Shown piece after piece: positions 17,308 through 26,046 of a stretch of DNA of 64,000 bases. Source of the DNA: Rhodoluna sp. (lineage in GTDB: Bacteria > Actinomycetota > Actinomycetes > Actinomycetales > Microbacteriaceae); assembly GCA_036721215.1 (NCBI GenBank), contig DAIMLM010000002.1, forward strand, positions 143,699-207,698, written 5' to 3'. Both the position numbers and the translations under genes were made by a program. The notes under the pieces are model-generated. The model saw only the letters and a program-made list of their open reading frames with translations, did no database searches and was not told the origin of the DNA. The stretch's first letter is position 1. Every line of letters starts with the position of its first letter.

Positions 17308-18126
17308 ATGGCAGTCAAGTTATCAAAGCTCCTATCGGTATTCGAGTCTTCCTGGCCACAATCCGGTGCTGATGATTGGGACCAAGTCGGACTTGCCTGT
17401 GGCTCAGCGAATCAAGAGGTGGAGAGGGTCCTACTGTGCGTGGACCCAACACTTGCTGTTTTGCAAGAAGCTAAAGCCAATAATTGCCAGTTAGTTATTT
17501 CCCACCACCCTCTTCTTCTTGAAGGCGTCCACACCGTGGCTGAAGGGGAACTAAAAGGCGACATTCTTTCTTTTGCAATTACCAATTCAATTGCTCTTTT
17601 CTCTGCACACACCAATGCCGATATTGTGCCTGGGGGAGTGTCCGATGTCTTGGCCAACAAGATCGGCATCCAAAACAGCGTTCCGCTTGTTGGCACTACA
17701 GGCGACTCCGGCCACGGCAGAATCGGAAACCTAGATCAACCAATAACAGTGCGTGAACTAGCTCAAAAAATCAACGAGATTTTACCTTCTACCTACGCAC
17801 CAATTCGAGTTGCTGGAAATGCAACAGCGAAAGTTTCAAAAGTTGCCGTAGTGGGAGGTTCTGGGGCAAGTTTTCTCCCGTCTGCAATCAGCGCGGGTGC
17901 AGAGTGCTTTGTAACAAGCGATCTGAAGCATCACGTGAGCCTAGACGCTGTTACCGACCAAGCTCAGAGCATTAGCCTTATCGACATCTCTCACTTCGCA
18001 GCGGAAAGTCTCTGGCTCGCTCCGGCTGCAGCCCAACTTGCAAAGCAGGTGCCGGATGTTGAGTTTTTGGTTAGTGAAGAAAACACCGACCCATGGTCGC
18101 TAACGATTCTAGGAAAGTTATCATGA
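17308..18126 (+). CDS. Nif3-like dinuclear metal centre protein
   Basis: NIF3 signatures LVISHHPLLL, AHTNAD and VVGGSGASF. It occupies the first position of the conserved Nif3/zinc-ribbon/RNase H trio. Confidence 0.85.
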   Translation: MAVKLSKLLSVFESSWPQSGADDWDQVGLACGSANQEVERVLLCVDPTLAVLQEAKANNCQLVISHHPLLLEGVHTVAEGELKGDILSFAITNSIALFSAHTNADIVPGGVSDVLANKIGIQNSVPLVGTTGDSGHGRIGNLDQPITVRELAQKINEILPSTYAPIRVAGNATAKVSKVAVVGGSGASFLPSAISAGAECFVTSDLKHHVSLDAVTDQAQSISLIDISHFAAESLWLAPAAAQLAKQVPDVEFLVSEENTDPWSLTILGKLS

Positions 18127-18839
18127 TCGCGAGTTTGACCGATCAAAAGCAGCTATTGGCTATCGCATCACACGATGTCGAGCTGGCGAGAATTTCAAAT
18201 TCGAAAAAGCAAGCCCAGGCCGAGTCTGAGCTTGAGGCGGCTACTGTTGAAACCTTGCGGCTATCAGATTTGCTGATTGACGCTAGGAATGCGGTAGGTG
18301 AACTTGAGATGGAACTAAGTAGAGCTGAGGCTGATCTTGAGCTAGTCGCCAATCGAATTTCAAAAGATAACAAGCAGCTTTCATCAACAAGTTCGGCCAA
18401 AGACGCTCAGGGAATAGAGCATGAGCTTGTCACATTAGGCACCAGAAAAAGTGAACTCGAGGATGCTCAGCTGCAGATAATGGAGCTTTTGGAGGCCGCC
18501 CAGCTAGTTAATGAAAACCTAAAGCAAGAAAAGCAAGCGGCTGATGCAACCCTGGCTGCTTTGCAGGAGAGAATTTCCACGGAGCTGGCTGGTCTTGGAG
18601 CGCAGGCCGAGAAAATTCAGGCCGAGCGTAAGAACATCCTTAGCGCAATTGATCAAGAGCTTGCGGCCGTCTACGAGCGAAAATACAGCCGCGGGGTGGC
18701 GGTTGGAAGATTGACGGGCAGAGATTGTGGAGCCTGCAGACTCTCCATAACGGCAACAAGCTTTGAGGAGCTCATGGCCCTGCCTCAAGAAGAACTAGCC
18801 GAATGCCCAAACTGCCAAGCCTTCCTGGTGCGCTCATGA
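18123..18839 (+). CDS. Coiled-coil C4 zinc-ribbon protein (DUF164/zf-RING_7 type)
   Basis: Start ATG 18123 overlaps the Nif3 stop (ATGA). A long coiled coil is followed by CGACRLS..(n)..CPNCQAFLV. Confidence 0.8.
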   Translation: MIASLTDQKQLLAIASHDVELARISNSKKQAQAESELEAATVETLRLSDLLIDARNAVGELEMELSRAEADLELVANRISKDNKQLSSTSSAKDAQGIEHELVTLGTRKSELEDAQLQIMELLEAAQLVNENLKQEKQAADATLAALQERISTELAGLGAQAEKIQAERKNILSAIDQELAAVYERKYSRGVAVGRLTGRDCGACRLSITATSFEELMALPQEELAECPNCQAFLVRS

Positions 18840-19960
18840 AGCTAATTATTGAAGCCGACGGTGGTTCAAGGGGAAATCCTGGATTGAGCGGTGCCGGAGC
18901 GGTCGTTATCGACGCGGCTACCGGAAAAATTCTCCGAGAGATATCCGAAGCGGTAGGAATTGCAACCAATAACGTTGCTGAATATTCAGCGGTTATCTTT
19001 GCCCTGGAGGCAGCGTTCGAGATAGACCCCGCTGCAGAGATTGTGGTTCGAATGGACTCCAAGCTTGTTGTTGAGCAGATGAGTGGTCGCTGGAAGATAA
19101 AGCACCCCGCCATGCTCTCGCTAGGAGCAAGAGTTCAACAGCTGATTTCGGGCAAGAATGTCGAGTTCGTGTGGATTCCCAGAGAGCAAAATGTATTGGC
19201 CGACGCGCTAGCCAACAAGGCTATGGATGGTGAACCAGCCCCAACTGCTGCCGCAGGCGAGTTCAATCATGTTGCTCCCTCGTCTATTCGTGCTCCACAA
19301 TCTTCTGTAGCAGAAGCCACAACTTTGATCATGGTCAGACACGGTAGGACTGCACTCACCGAAACAAGGAAAATCTCCGGAGGAGACGGTGAGAACCCAG
19401 ATCTTTCCGAGCTTGGCAACAAAGACGCTGCCGAGGTTGCAATTGAGCTTGCCAGAGTCGGAAGCTCAGGAGCATTTAGCTTCCTAGCCAAGCCAGTTGT
19501 GGTCATCCATTCCCCCGTTAAACGTGCAGCCCAAACCGCTAGCAAGATTGCTCAGAAGCTAGACGCTGAACTAGTTGAGCTGGCTGATCTCAGAGAAATT
19601 GGATTTGGCGACTGGGATGGTCTAACCAACGAGGAGTTATTCGTTGGCCACGAGACGCAGTATCATGCTTGGCGAGGTTCCTACGATGTTGCTCCACCGA
19701 ACGGAGAATCACTCAAGGACTTTGATGTTCGGGTCAATCGAAGCCTAGATTTCATACTTGATAAATTCGCCGGTAAGACCGTGGTTGTGGTGGCTCACGT
19801 GATGCCAATTAGGGGACTGCTGCGAATTGCAAACGACGCCTCGGTTGCTGGGTATTGGCGGGTAGATCTTGGCCCTGCATCGATTTCGATTGCACGTTTC
19901 TGGGGCCGCGAGGGCGCCGAGATAGTCTGCGTGAATTCAACTTCGCATTTATCTTCTTGA
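18836..19960 (+). CDS. Bifunctional RNase H / histidine-phosphatase (CobC-like) protein
   Basis: Start ATG 18836 overlaps the previous stop (ATGA). The N-terminal RNase H fold shows IEADGGSRGNPG, NNVAEYSA and DSKLVVEQM. The C-terminal phosphoglycerate-mutase-like domain shows MVRHGRT and VVAHVMPIR. Confidence 0.85.
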   Translation: MKLIIEADGGSRGNPGLSGAGAVVIDAATGKILREISEAVGIATNNVAEYSAVIFALEAAFEIDPAAEIVVRMDSKLVVEQMSGRWKIKHPAMLSLGARVQQLISGKNVEFVWIPREQNVLADALANKAMDGEPAPTAAAGEFNHVAPSSIRAPQSSVAEATTLIMVRHGRTALTETRKISGGDGENPDLSELGNKDAAEVAIELARVGSSGAFSFLAKPVVVIHSPVKRAAQTASKIAQKLDAELVELADLREIGFGDWDGLTNEELFVGHETQYHAWRGSYDVAPPNGESLKDFDVRVNRSLDFILDKFAGKTVVVVAHVMPIRGLLRIANDASVAGYWRVDLGPASISIARFWGREGAEIVCVNSTSHLSS

Positions 19961-19981
19961 CCACGCTGGCTAGACTTGACT

Positions 19982-20336
19982 GTGGATGGGTCGGCAAGAC
20001 GGTCGCGGCAGTTTACTGACGAGGAACGTCCGGGCTCCAAAGAGCAAAATGGTGGGTAACGCCCACCCGGGGTAACCCGAGAGATAGTGCAACAGAAAGC
20101 AAACCGCCGAGCAATCGGTAAGGGTGAAACGGTGGTGTAAGAGACCACCAGCGATTCAAGTGATTGAGTCGGCTAGGTAAACCTCATTTGGAGCAAGACC
20201 AAACAGTGAACGCTTGAGGGCTGCTCGCCCAAGTTCACGGGTAGGTCGCTTGAGACGTTGGGCAACTAACGTCCTAGATAGATGACCGTCACTTTGCAAA
20301 AAGGACAAAACCCGGCGTAATAGCCGGCCCATCCAC
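19982..20336 (+). ncRNA. rnpB: RNase P RNA, bacterial type A
   Basis: Conserved blocks GAGGAACGTCCGGGCTCC, ACAGAAAGCAAACCGCC, GGTAAGGGTGAAACGGTGGTGTAAGAGACCACC and ACAAAACCCGGCGTAA. P1 pairs GTGGATGGGTCGG (19982-) with CCGGCCCATCCAC (-20336). Confidence 0.88.
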
Positions 20337-21092
20337 TTAATCCTTGCTGAGATGCTTCGCCGCAAAGTACGCGGCGCCAATGATTCCCGCGTTGTTTTTA
20401 GAACTGGCAGCCACAATCTCAACGTCGGATTCGATCAAGTGCAGAAAACTCTCGTGTTCTTTAGAAACTCCACCGCCGATGATAATCAAGTCGGGGTAGA
20501 ACAAGCGGTTCAGCTGGTCAAAGTACTTTGAAAGAACTTTAGCCCACTGCTCAAAGCTGAGATTGTCTCTTGCTTTCGCAGAATACGCAGCCTTGGTCTC
20601 GTAATCGACCCCGTCGATTTCGATGTGACCGAGCTCGGTGTTGGGGATCAACTTACCGTTCATAAAAAGTGCGGTACCGATGCCAGTTCCTAACGTACAC
20701 ATCAGCACAAGCCCCTTACGATCTTGGCCAGCGCCGAATTTGATCTCGGCTACACCTGCGGCATCAGCATCGTTCAGCATCACAATCTCGGTGCCAAGCG
20801 CCTTTGAAAAAAGCTTGCCGGCCTGAAGCCCAATCCACTCGTTTGATACGTTGGCGGCCGAAAGAGTGACACCGTTTTTTACAGGCGCGGGAAAGCAGAT
20901 TCCAATTGGAGTATTTTTCGGCGCATCTATCTGCTTCACGAGCTTGATCACAAGCTCGACAACACTTGCGGGCTTCCCTCCATCTGGAGTGTCAAAGCGG
21001 AATCTTTCTGTTACTAACTCACCTTTTTTGAGATTTACTAACGCACCTTTGATACCGGTTCCACCGATATCTATGCCGATTGCGTTTTTCAT
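20337..21092 (-). CDS. ppgK: Polyphosphate/ATP glucokinase (ROK family)
   Basis: N-terminal IGIDIGGTGIKGA, NDADAAG, LGTGIGTA, and ROK-type length and order. Confidence 0.85.
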   Translation of the reverse strand: MKNAIGIDIGGTGIKGALVNLKKGELVTERFRFDTPDGGKPASVVELVIKLVKQIDAPKNTPIGICFPAPVKNGVTLSAANVSNEWIGLQAGKLFSKALGTEIVMLNDADAAGVAEIKFGAGQDRKGLVLMCTLGTGIGTALFMNGKLIPNTELGHIEIDGVDYETKAAYSAKARDNLSFEQWAKVLSKYFDQLNRLFYPDLIIIGGGVSKEHESFLHLIESDVEIVAASSKNNAGIIGAAYFAAKHLSKD

Positions 21093-21104
21093 AACTTTCT
21101 CATT

Positions 21105-21974
21105 TTAGGGCAGAGTCAGAATCTGAGCTCCAGATTCGGTTACAACCAGAGTGTGTTCAAACTGTGCGGTGATTGATTTGTCCTTGGTGGCAACAGTCCA
21201 GCCATCGGGCCACATGTCCCATTCGTGTGTGCCGAGGGTCAACATGGGCTCAATGGTAAACACCATCCCAACTTCCATGGTGTTCGAATATAGCGGCGCG
21301 GCATCGTAGTGAGGGATAACTAGTCCGGAATGGAAAGCTTCACCGATTCCGTGACCGGTAAAGTCCCGAACGACTCCGTAGCCAAATCGCTTGGCGTAGG
21401 ACTCTATTGTTCGGCCAATTACGTTGATTGGACGCCCTGGCATAACAGATGCGATTGCACGCTCGAGTGACTCTTTGGTTCGGTCAACGAGCAAGGACAC
21501 TTCTTCGGAAACATTGCCAACTTTGAAAGTCTGATTGCTGTCTCCGTGGAAGCCATCAAGATAGGCGGTGACGTCGATGTTGACGATGTCTCCGTCTTGG
21601 ATCTCCAGATCATCAGGAATTCCGTGACAAATAATCTCGTTTACCGAAGTGCAACAGGATTTAGGAAATCCGCGATATCCCAATGTTGATGGGTAGGCGC
21701 CATTCGAGATCAAAAAATCGTGCACGATAACATCGAGCTCGTTTGTGCTGATGCCGACCTTGATGTTGCTTCCAGCTAATTCAAGAGCCTGTGCGGCCAG
21801 CTTTCCAGCCGTGCGGATTTTTTCTATTTGGTCTGCTGTTTTAACATGACCGCCAGTCCACTCTGTGGGGGCCTTCCTGCCCACATATTCTGGTTTGACT
21901 ATGTTGCTTGGCACCGCGAGGGCTTTTGACACCACTCCAGGCGTTAGTGAACCAGATACGTTATCGCGAGGCAT
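21105..21974 (-). CDS. map: Methionine aminopeptidase type I (with N-terminal extension)
   Basis: Metal-ligand contexts [29 protein letters not shown] and FEHTLVVT. Confidence 0.9.
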   Translation of the reverse strand: MPRDNVSGSLTPGVVSKALAVPSNIVKPEYVGRKAPTEWTGGHVKTADQIEKIRTAGKLAAQALELAGSNIKVGISTNELDVIVHDFLISNGAYPSTLGYRGFPKSCCTSVNEIICHGIPDDLEIQDGDIVNIDVTAYLDGFHGDSNQTFKVGNVSEEVSLLVDRTKESLERAIASVMPGRPINVIGRTIESYAKRFGYGVVRDFTGHGIGEAFHSGLVIPHYDAAPLYSNTMEVGMVFTIEPMLTLGTHEWDMWPDGWTVATKDKSITAQFEHTLVVTESGAQILTLP

Positions 21975-22026
21975 CTATCCAGTCTATTCAACGCTCCCCA
22001 CTAGGCTCACTTGATAGGAGGGCAAA

Positions 22027-22206
22027 ATGTCTGAGGCTGCAAAGTATTGGTTCAACACAAAAACCAAACAAGTTGAGTTCGGGCTCAAAAGTTCTTCTCT
22101 TGATCGAATCGGACCTTTTGAGACCGAAAAAGAGGCAGCAAACGCCGAGGAGATTGTAAGATCACGTGCCACGCAATGGCTCGAGGAAGAAAAGCTCGAG
22201 GACTAG
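22027..22206 (+). CDS. Small conserved-looking acidic protein (59 aa), below the ORF-track cutoff
   Basis: ATG 22027 has GGAGGG 7 nt upstream. The product is MSEAAKYWFNTKTKQVEFGLKSSSLDRIGPFETEKEAANAEEIVRSRATQWLEEEKLED. It resembles a small actinobacterial family I recall (YYFN..TG.VE...MGPY.T.EEA). Its stop overlaps the panB stop by 4 nt. Confidence 0.6.
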   Translation: MSEAAKYWFNTKTKQVEFGLKSSSLDRIGPFETEKEAANAEEIVRSRATQWLEEEKLED

Positions 22207-23012
22207 CTATCGAAAGAGTGTTCCTTGCCAGGAAACTCACCAGAGATAACTTCAGCTCGATAGTTACTCGCCGCTTTGGCAAGATCACCTCTTAGGTCTG
22301 TGTACTGCTTAACGAATTTCCTGGTACCGCTAGAAAGACCAGCAAAATCCTGCCACACCAGTATCTGGCCATCGGTTCCGTTCCCAGCCCCGATACCAAT
22401 AGTTGGAACCGATAACTTCTGGCTTAGCTCTCTAGCCAACTCAGCTGGAACCATTTCAAGAACAATCGCGAAAACTCCAGCTTCCTGCAGTGCTATCGCA
22501 TCCTTCTCGAGGGCGGCCGCTTGTTCGCCTCTGCCTTGAACTTTGAAACCACCAAGAGCGTGAACCGACTGCGGGGTAAAGCCGAGATGGCCCATGACTG
22601 GAATACCTGCCGCAACAATTGCTTTTACCTGCGGGGCGCGATCTAATCCACCCTCAAGCTTTACCGCTTCTGCGCCAGATCGCTTCATCATCAAAATTGC
22701 ATTTTCTAATGCCTGGGTTGGCGACACCTCATAAGAGCCAAATGGCATATCAATTACCACGAGGGCTCGCTCAACCGCAGAGCTAACACCTTTTCCAAAG
22801 CTGATCATCTCGTCAACGGTTACCTCGAGAGTGCTGTCGTGGCCCAAAACAGTGTTGCCGGCCGAGTCTCCGATCAGGATCACTTCAATTCCAGCTTGAT
22901 CAAAGATTTCAGCGGTGGTCGCGTCGTAGCTGGTGAGGCAAGAAAACTTTGTTCCGGAAGCCTTTAGATCAGCTAGCGAACTAGTCCGCACTTTCTTGAT
23001 TTCGCTTGCCAA
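22203..23012 (-). CDS. panB: 3-methyl-2-oxobutanoate hydroxymethyltransferase
   Basis: LTSYDATTA, ILIGDS.GN, VVIDMPFGSY, KLEGG and GHLGFTPQS motifs. TTG start. Confidence 0.9.
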   Translation of the reverse strand: MASEIKKVRTSSLADLKASGTKFSCLTSYDATTAEIFDQAGIEVILIGDSAGNTVLGHDSTLEVTVDEMISFGKGVSSAVERALVVIDMPFGSYEVSPTQALENAILMMKRSGAEAVKLEGGLDRAPQVKAIVAAGIPVMGHLGFTPQSVHALGGFKVQGRGEQAAALEKDAIALQEAGVFAIVLEMVPAELARELSQKLSVPTIGIGAGNGTDGQILVWQDFAGLSSGTRKFVKQYTDLRGDLAKAASNYRAEVISGEFPGKEHSFDS

Positions 23013-23020
23013 GACAACTC

Positions 23021-24664
23021 CTACTTAGACCAACGGGTGATTGGAAGTCTGCGTTCTCGCCCAAAGGCAAGTTTAGTAATTCTTGGACCTATCGCACTCT
23101 GTCTTCTCTTCCATTCAGAGATGCTTACTAGGCGAATAACCGACTCAACGGTTGTGGCATCTAAACCTTGAGCAATAATCTCCGATTCAGACATTCTCTG
23201 TTCGATGTGTAGCTCAAGGATTCGATCCAGAACCGCATAATCAGGCAGCGAGTCTTGATCTAGCTGATCTGGTCGTAATTCAGCCGAAGGTGGCTTGCTA
23301 ATTGAAGCTTCGGGAATTGGGGGAGTATTGCCCTGTTTGGTAGCTAATTCATTGCGGTATCTGGCAAGGTCCCAAACCAGGGTTTTTTCAACATCCTTTA
23401 TCGGCGCGTATCCACCAGCGGCATCGCCATAAATTGTGGAGTAACCAACCGCTAGCTCTGTCTTGTTGCCAGTTGAAAGAAGCAAGTGCCCATCGGTGTT
23501 TGATTTGGCCATGAGAACTACTGCTCGGATTCTTGCCTGCAGATTCTCAGCAGCAAGTCCTTGAAGCTCAAGCTTTTCCACAAACTGTTCCACATAGGGC
23601 TCAATTAGCTCAGTTGAATAAACAAGCCCGGTGTTGTTTGCTAGCAACGCCGCATCAGATAGCGAGTGATCCGAGGAGTATTTGCTCGGTAGTGATACCC
23701 CAAAGACATTCTTGGCACCGATGGCGTCTACTGCAATGCTTGCGCAAACAGCTGAGTCAATTCCACCCGAAAGACCTAGCACTACTGACTTGAATCTGTT
23801 CTTTTGGACATAATCGCGCACGCCAAGAACCAACGCATTCCAGACCTGCGCTAAATCGGTTTGGGTTTTGGTTGATTCAGTAACTGGCTTGATTGAGTTC
23901 TTGGATTCAATTTCGACAATCAATAGATCAGTATCAAATTGCTTAGCACGGGCAATTTCTTTTCCGGCAGCATCAATTAGGAAGCTATTGCCATCAAAGA
24001 CCAAATCGTCCTGACCTCCAACTAGGTTGACGTAAGCAACAGCAGTTGATTGCTTGGAGGCTAGCTCCGAAACTAACTCAAGCCTGGTATCGGTCTTGGA
24101 GCGTTCAAAAGGGGAGCCATTAAGTACCAGGGTTAGATCAACATTGTGGCTTGCAATCTGCGAAACCGGTCCACCACTTTGCCAAATGTCTTCGCAAATT
24201 ACTGTTGCAAAACGTAGTCCATCAATTTCAAAGGTCAGTAGCTCATCGCCTGAAACGAAGACTCGATACTCATCAAACACGGAGTAGTTCGGAAGGTGGT
24301 GCTTGGCGTAGCTTGCCTGAACTTTGCCATCAAAAATTAAGCTGGCACAGTTTTGTCCGATAGCCCAAGAGGTGGGGCTTTTCGCAAATGCTGGATGGCC
24401 AACGACCACTCGAATGTGACCTTGGCCGCGCTTGGCTAGTTCCTTTGCGAGGGCTTCCAGGGCCTTACCCGAGTCGTTCAGGAAGTCTTTGCTTAGGGCT
24501 AAATCTTCAATGGGGTAGCCAGTTAGTGCGAGCTCTGGAAATAGCACCAAGTTCGAACCCAAGTTTTGGGCTTGCTGAACTTTTTCTAGAATCTGCCTGC
24601 TATTTCCCGCAAGGTCACCCACAGTCGGGTTTATCTGGGCCATGGCTAGGCGAAGATCGGACAT
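23021..24664 (-). CDS. nadE: Glutamine-dependent NAD+ synthetase
   Basis: The N-terminal CN-hydrolase domain shows LRLAMAQINP and LVLFPELALTGY, with Cys in ATVICEDIW. The C-terminal PP-loop is LGLSGGIDSAV. I prefer ATG 24664 to the upstream TTG 24688. Confidence 0.88.
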   Translation of the reverse strand: MSDLRLAMAQINPTVGDLAGNSRQILEKVQQAQNLGSNLVLFPELALTGYPIEDLALSKDFLNDSGKALEALAKELAKRGQGHIRVVVGHPAFAKSPTSWAIGQNCASLIFDGKVQASYAKHHLPNYSVFDEYRVFVSGDELLTFEIDGLRFATVICEDIWQSGGPVSQIASHNVDLTLVLNGSPFERSKTDTRLELVSELASKQSTAVAYVNLVGGQDDLVFDGNSFLIDAAGKEIARAKQFDTDLLIVEIESKNSIKPVTESTKTQTDLAQVWNALVLGVRDYVQKNRFKSVVLGLSGGIDSAVCASIAVDAIGAKNVFGVSLPSKYSSDHSLSDAALLANNTGLVYSTELIEPYVEQFVEKLELQGLAAENLQARIRAVVLMAKSNTDGHLLLSTGNKTELAVGYSTIYGDAAGGYAPIKDVEKTLVWDLARYRNELATKQGNTPPIPEASISKPPSAELRPDQLDQDSLPDYAVLDRILELHIEQRMSESEIIAQGLDATTVESVIRLVSISEWKRRQSAIGPRITKLAFGRERRLPITRWSK

Positions 24665-24671
24665 AAGTATT

Positions 24672-24677
24672 AGCCTA
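24672..24677 (-). promoter_or_regulatory. Candidate -10 hexamer (TAGGCT) placed for a leaderless nadE transcript
   Basis: On the minus strand, TAGGCT-AATACTT-ATG. This is a TANNNT box 7 nt before the start codon, with no Shine-Dalgarno. Confidence 0.35.
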
Positions 24678-24702
24678 GTAGCAGGCAAGGAAGAGGTTTT
24701 TC

Positions 24703-26040
24703 ATGGATAAGCAGCGCGATTTTGTGCTCAGAACAATCGAAGAGCGAGGCGTTAAGTTCGTTCGACTTTGGTTCACCGATGTTGCTGGAACTCTCAAAAT
24801 GGTTGCCGTCGCTCCTGCCGAAGTTGAAGGGGCGTTTGCCGAAGGCTTAGGTTTTGATGGCTCTGCAATCGAAGGACTCTCACGAGCATATGAGGCCGAT
24901 ATGTTGGCGGCTCCAGATCCATCGACTTTTCAGATTCTTCCATGGCGAGGAGACGTAGACCCAACCGCAAGAATGTTTTGCGACATTATGACTCCAGATG
25001 GCCAGCCCGCTGCTGCCGACCCAAGAAACGTTTTGCGCAGGGCTTTAGCTAAAGCCAGCGACCTTGGCTTCTCTTTTTACATTCACCCCGAGATTGAGTT
25101 CTATCTTCTAAAGTCATCTCAGATTGGTCCGGAAGGCCCAATTCCGGTCGATAACGCAGGTTACTTCGATAACGTTCCAGGTGGCACAGCACACAACTTC
25201 CGCAGAAGAGCCGTTACCATGCTCGAGCAGCTGGGTATCTCTGTTGAGTTCAGCCACCACGAAGGTGGTCCTGGTCAAAATGAAATCGATCTCCGTTACG
25301 CCGATGCACTAACCATGGCAGATAACATCATGACCTTTAGAACCGTCATCAAGGAAGTTGCCATTGAGCAGGGCGTATACGCCACCTTTATGCCAAAACC
25401 TTTCACTGAGCATCCAGGCTCTGGAATGCACACCCACATGTCGCTATTTGAAGGTGACACCAACGCGTTCTTCGACGCCAGCGGCCAGTATCGGTTATCT
25501 AAAGTCGGTCGTCAGTTCATGGCTGGATTATTGCGCCACGCTCCTGAGATCACCGCTGTTACCAATCAGTATGTGAACTCATATAAGCGCCTTTGGGGCG
25601 GCGGAGAAGCGCCAAGCTTTGTTTGCTGGGGACACAACAACCGCTCAGCTTTGATTCGTGTTCCGCTATACAAGCCAGACAAGGGTCAGTCCTCTCGCAT
25701 TGAGTATCGAGCCATCGACTCGGCTGCAAACCCGTACCTTGCCTACGCTCTGCTGCTTGCAGCAGGACTCAAAGGTATTGAGAACGAGTATGAACTGCCC
25801 GCGGAGACCGAAGACAACGTTTGGAACCTAACCGATTCGGAGCGTCGGGCTATGGGAATCGAACCCCTGCCACAATCTCTGGATCACGCCATTCGAAAGT
25901 TTGAAGAATCGGAACTTGCAGCAGAAACTCTCGGTGAGCAAGTATTTAGCCACATGCTCGCTAACAAGAGAGCGGAGTGGGCTGCTTATAGAACCCAAGT
26001 CACCCCATTTGAACTAAAGCGGAATCTAGAAACTCTTTAG
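24703..26040 (+). CDS. glnA2: Glutamine synthetase family protein, GlnA2 type
   Basis: 445 aa GS fold: FTDVAGTLK, HHEGGPGQNEI, SGMHTHMSLF, NSYKRL and NRSALIRVP. GGAAGAGG lies 6 nt before the ATG. Confidence 0.88.
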   Translation: MDKQRDFVLRTIEERGVKFVRLWFTDVAGTLKMVAVAPAEVEGAFAEGLGFDGSAIEGLSRAYEADMLAAPDPSTFQILPWRGDVDPTARMFCDIMTPDGQPAAADPRNVLRRALAKASDLGFSFYIHPEIEFYLLKSSQIGPEGPIPVDNAGYFDNVPGGTAHNFRRRAVTMLEQLGISVEFSHHEGGPGQNEIDLRYADALTMADNIMTFRTVIKEVAIEQGVYATFMPKPFTEHPGSGMHTHMSLFEGDTNAFFDASGQYRLSKVGRQFMAGLLRHAPEITAVTNQYVNSYKRLWGGGEAPSFVCWGHNNRSALIRVPLYKPDKGQSSRIEYRAIDSAANPYLAYALLLAAGLKGIENEYELPAETEDNVWNLTDSERRAMGIEPLPQSLDHAIRKFEESELAAETLGEQVFSHMLANKRAEWAAYRTQVTPFELKRNLETL

Positions 26041-26046
26041 TAGCTA

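Noticed and set aside
19795-20422. Two minus-strand ORFs (117 aa and 88 aa) spanning the gap between the RNase H/phosphatase gene and ppgK.
   Set aside because: The region is fully explained by a type-A RNase P RNA on the plus strand. The conserved P4 and loop blocks and the closing P1 helix are all present.
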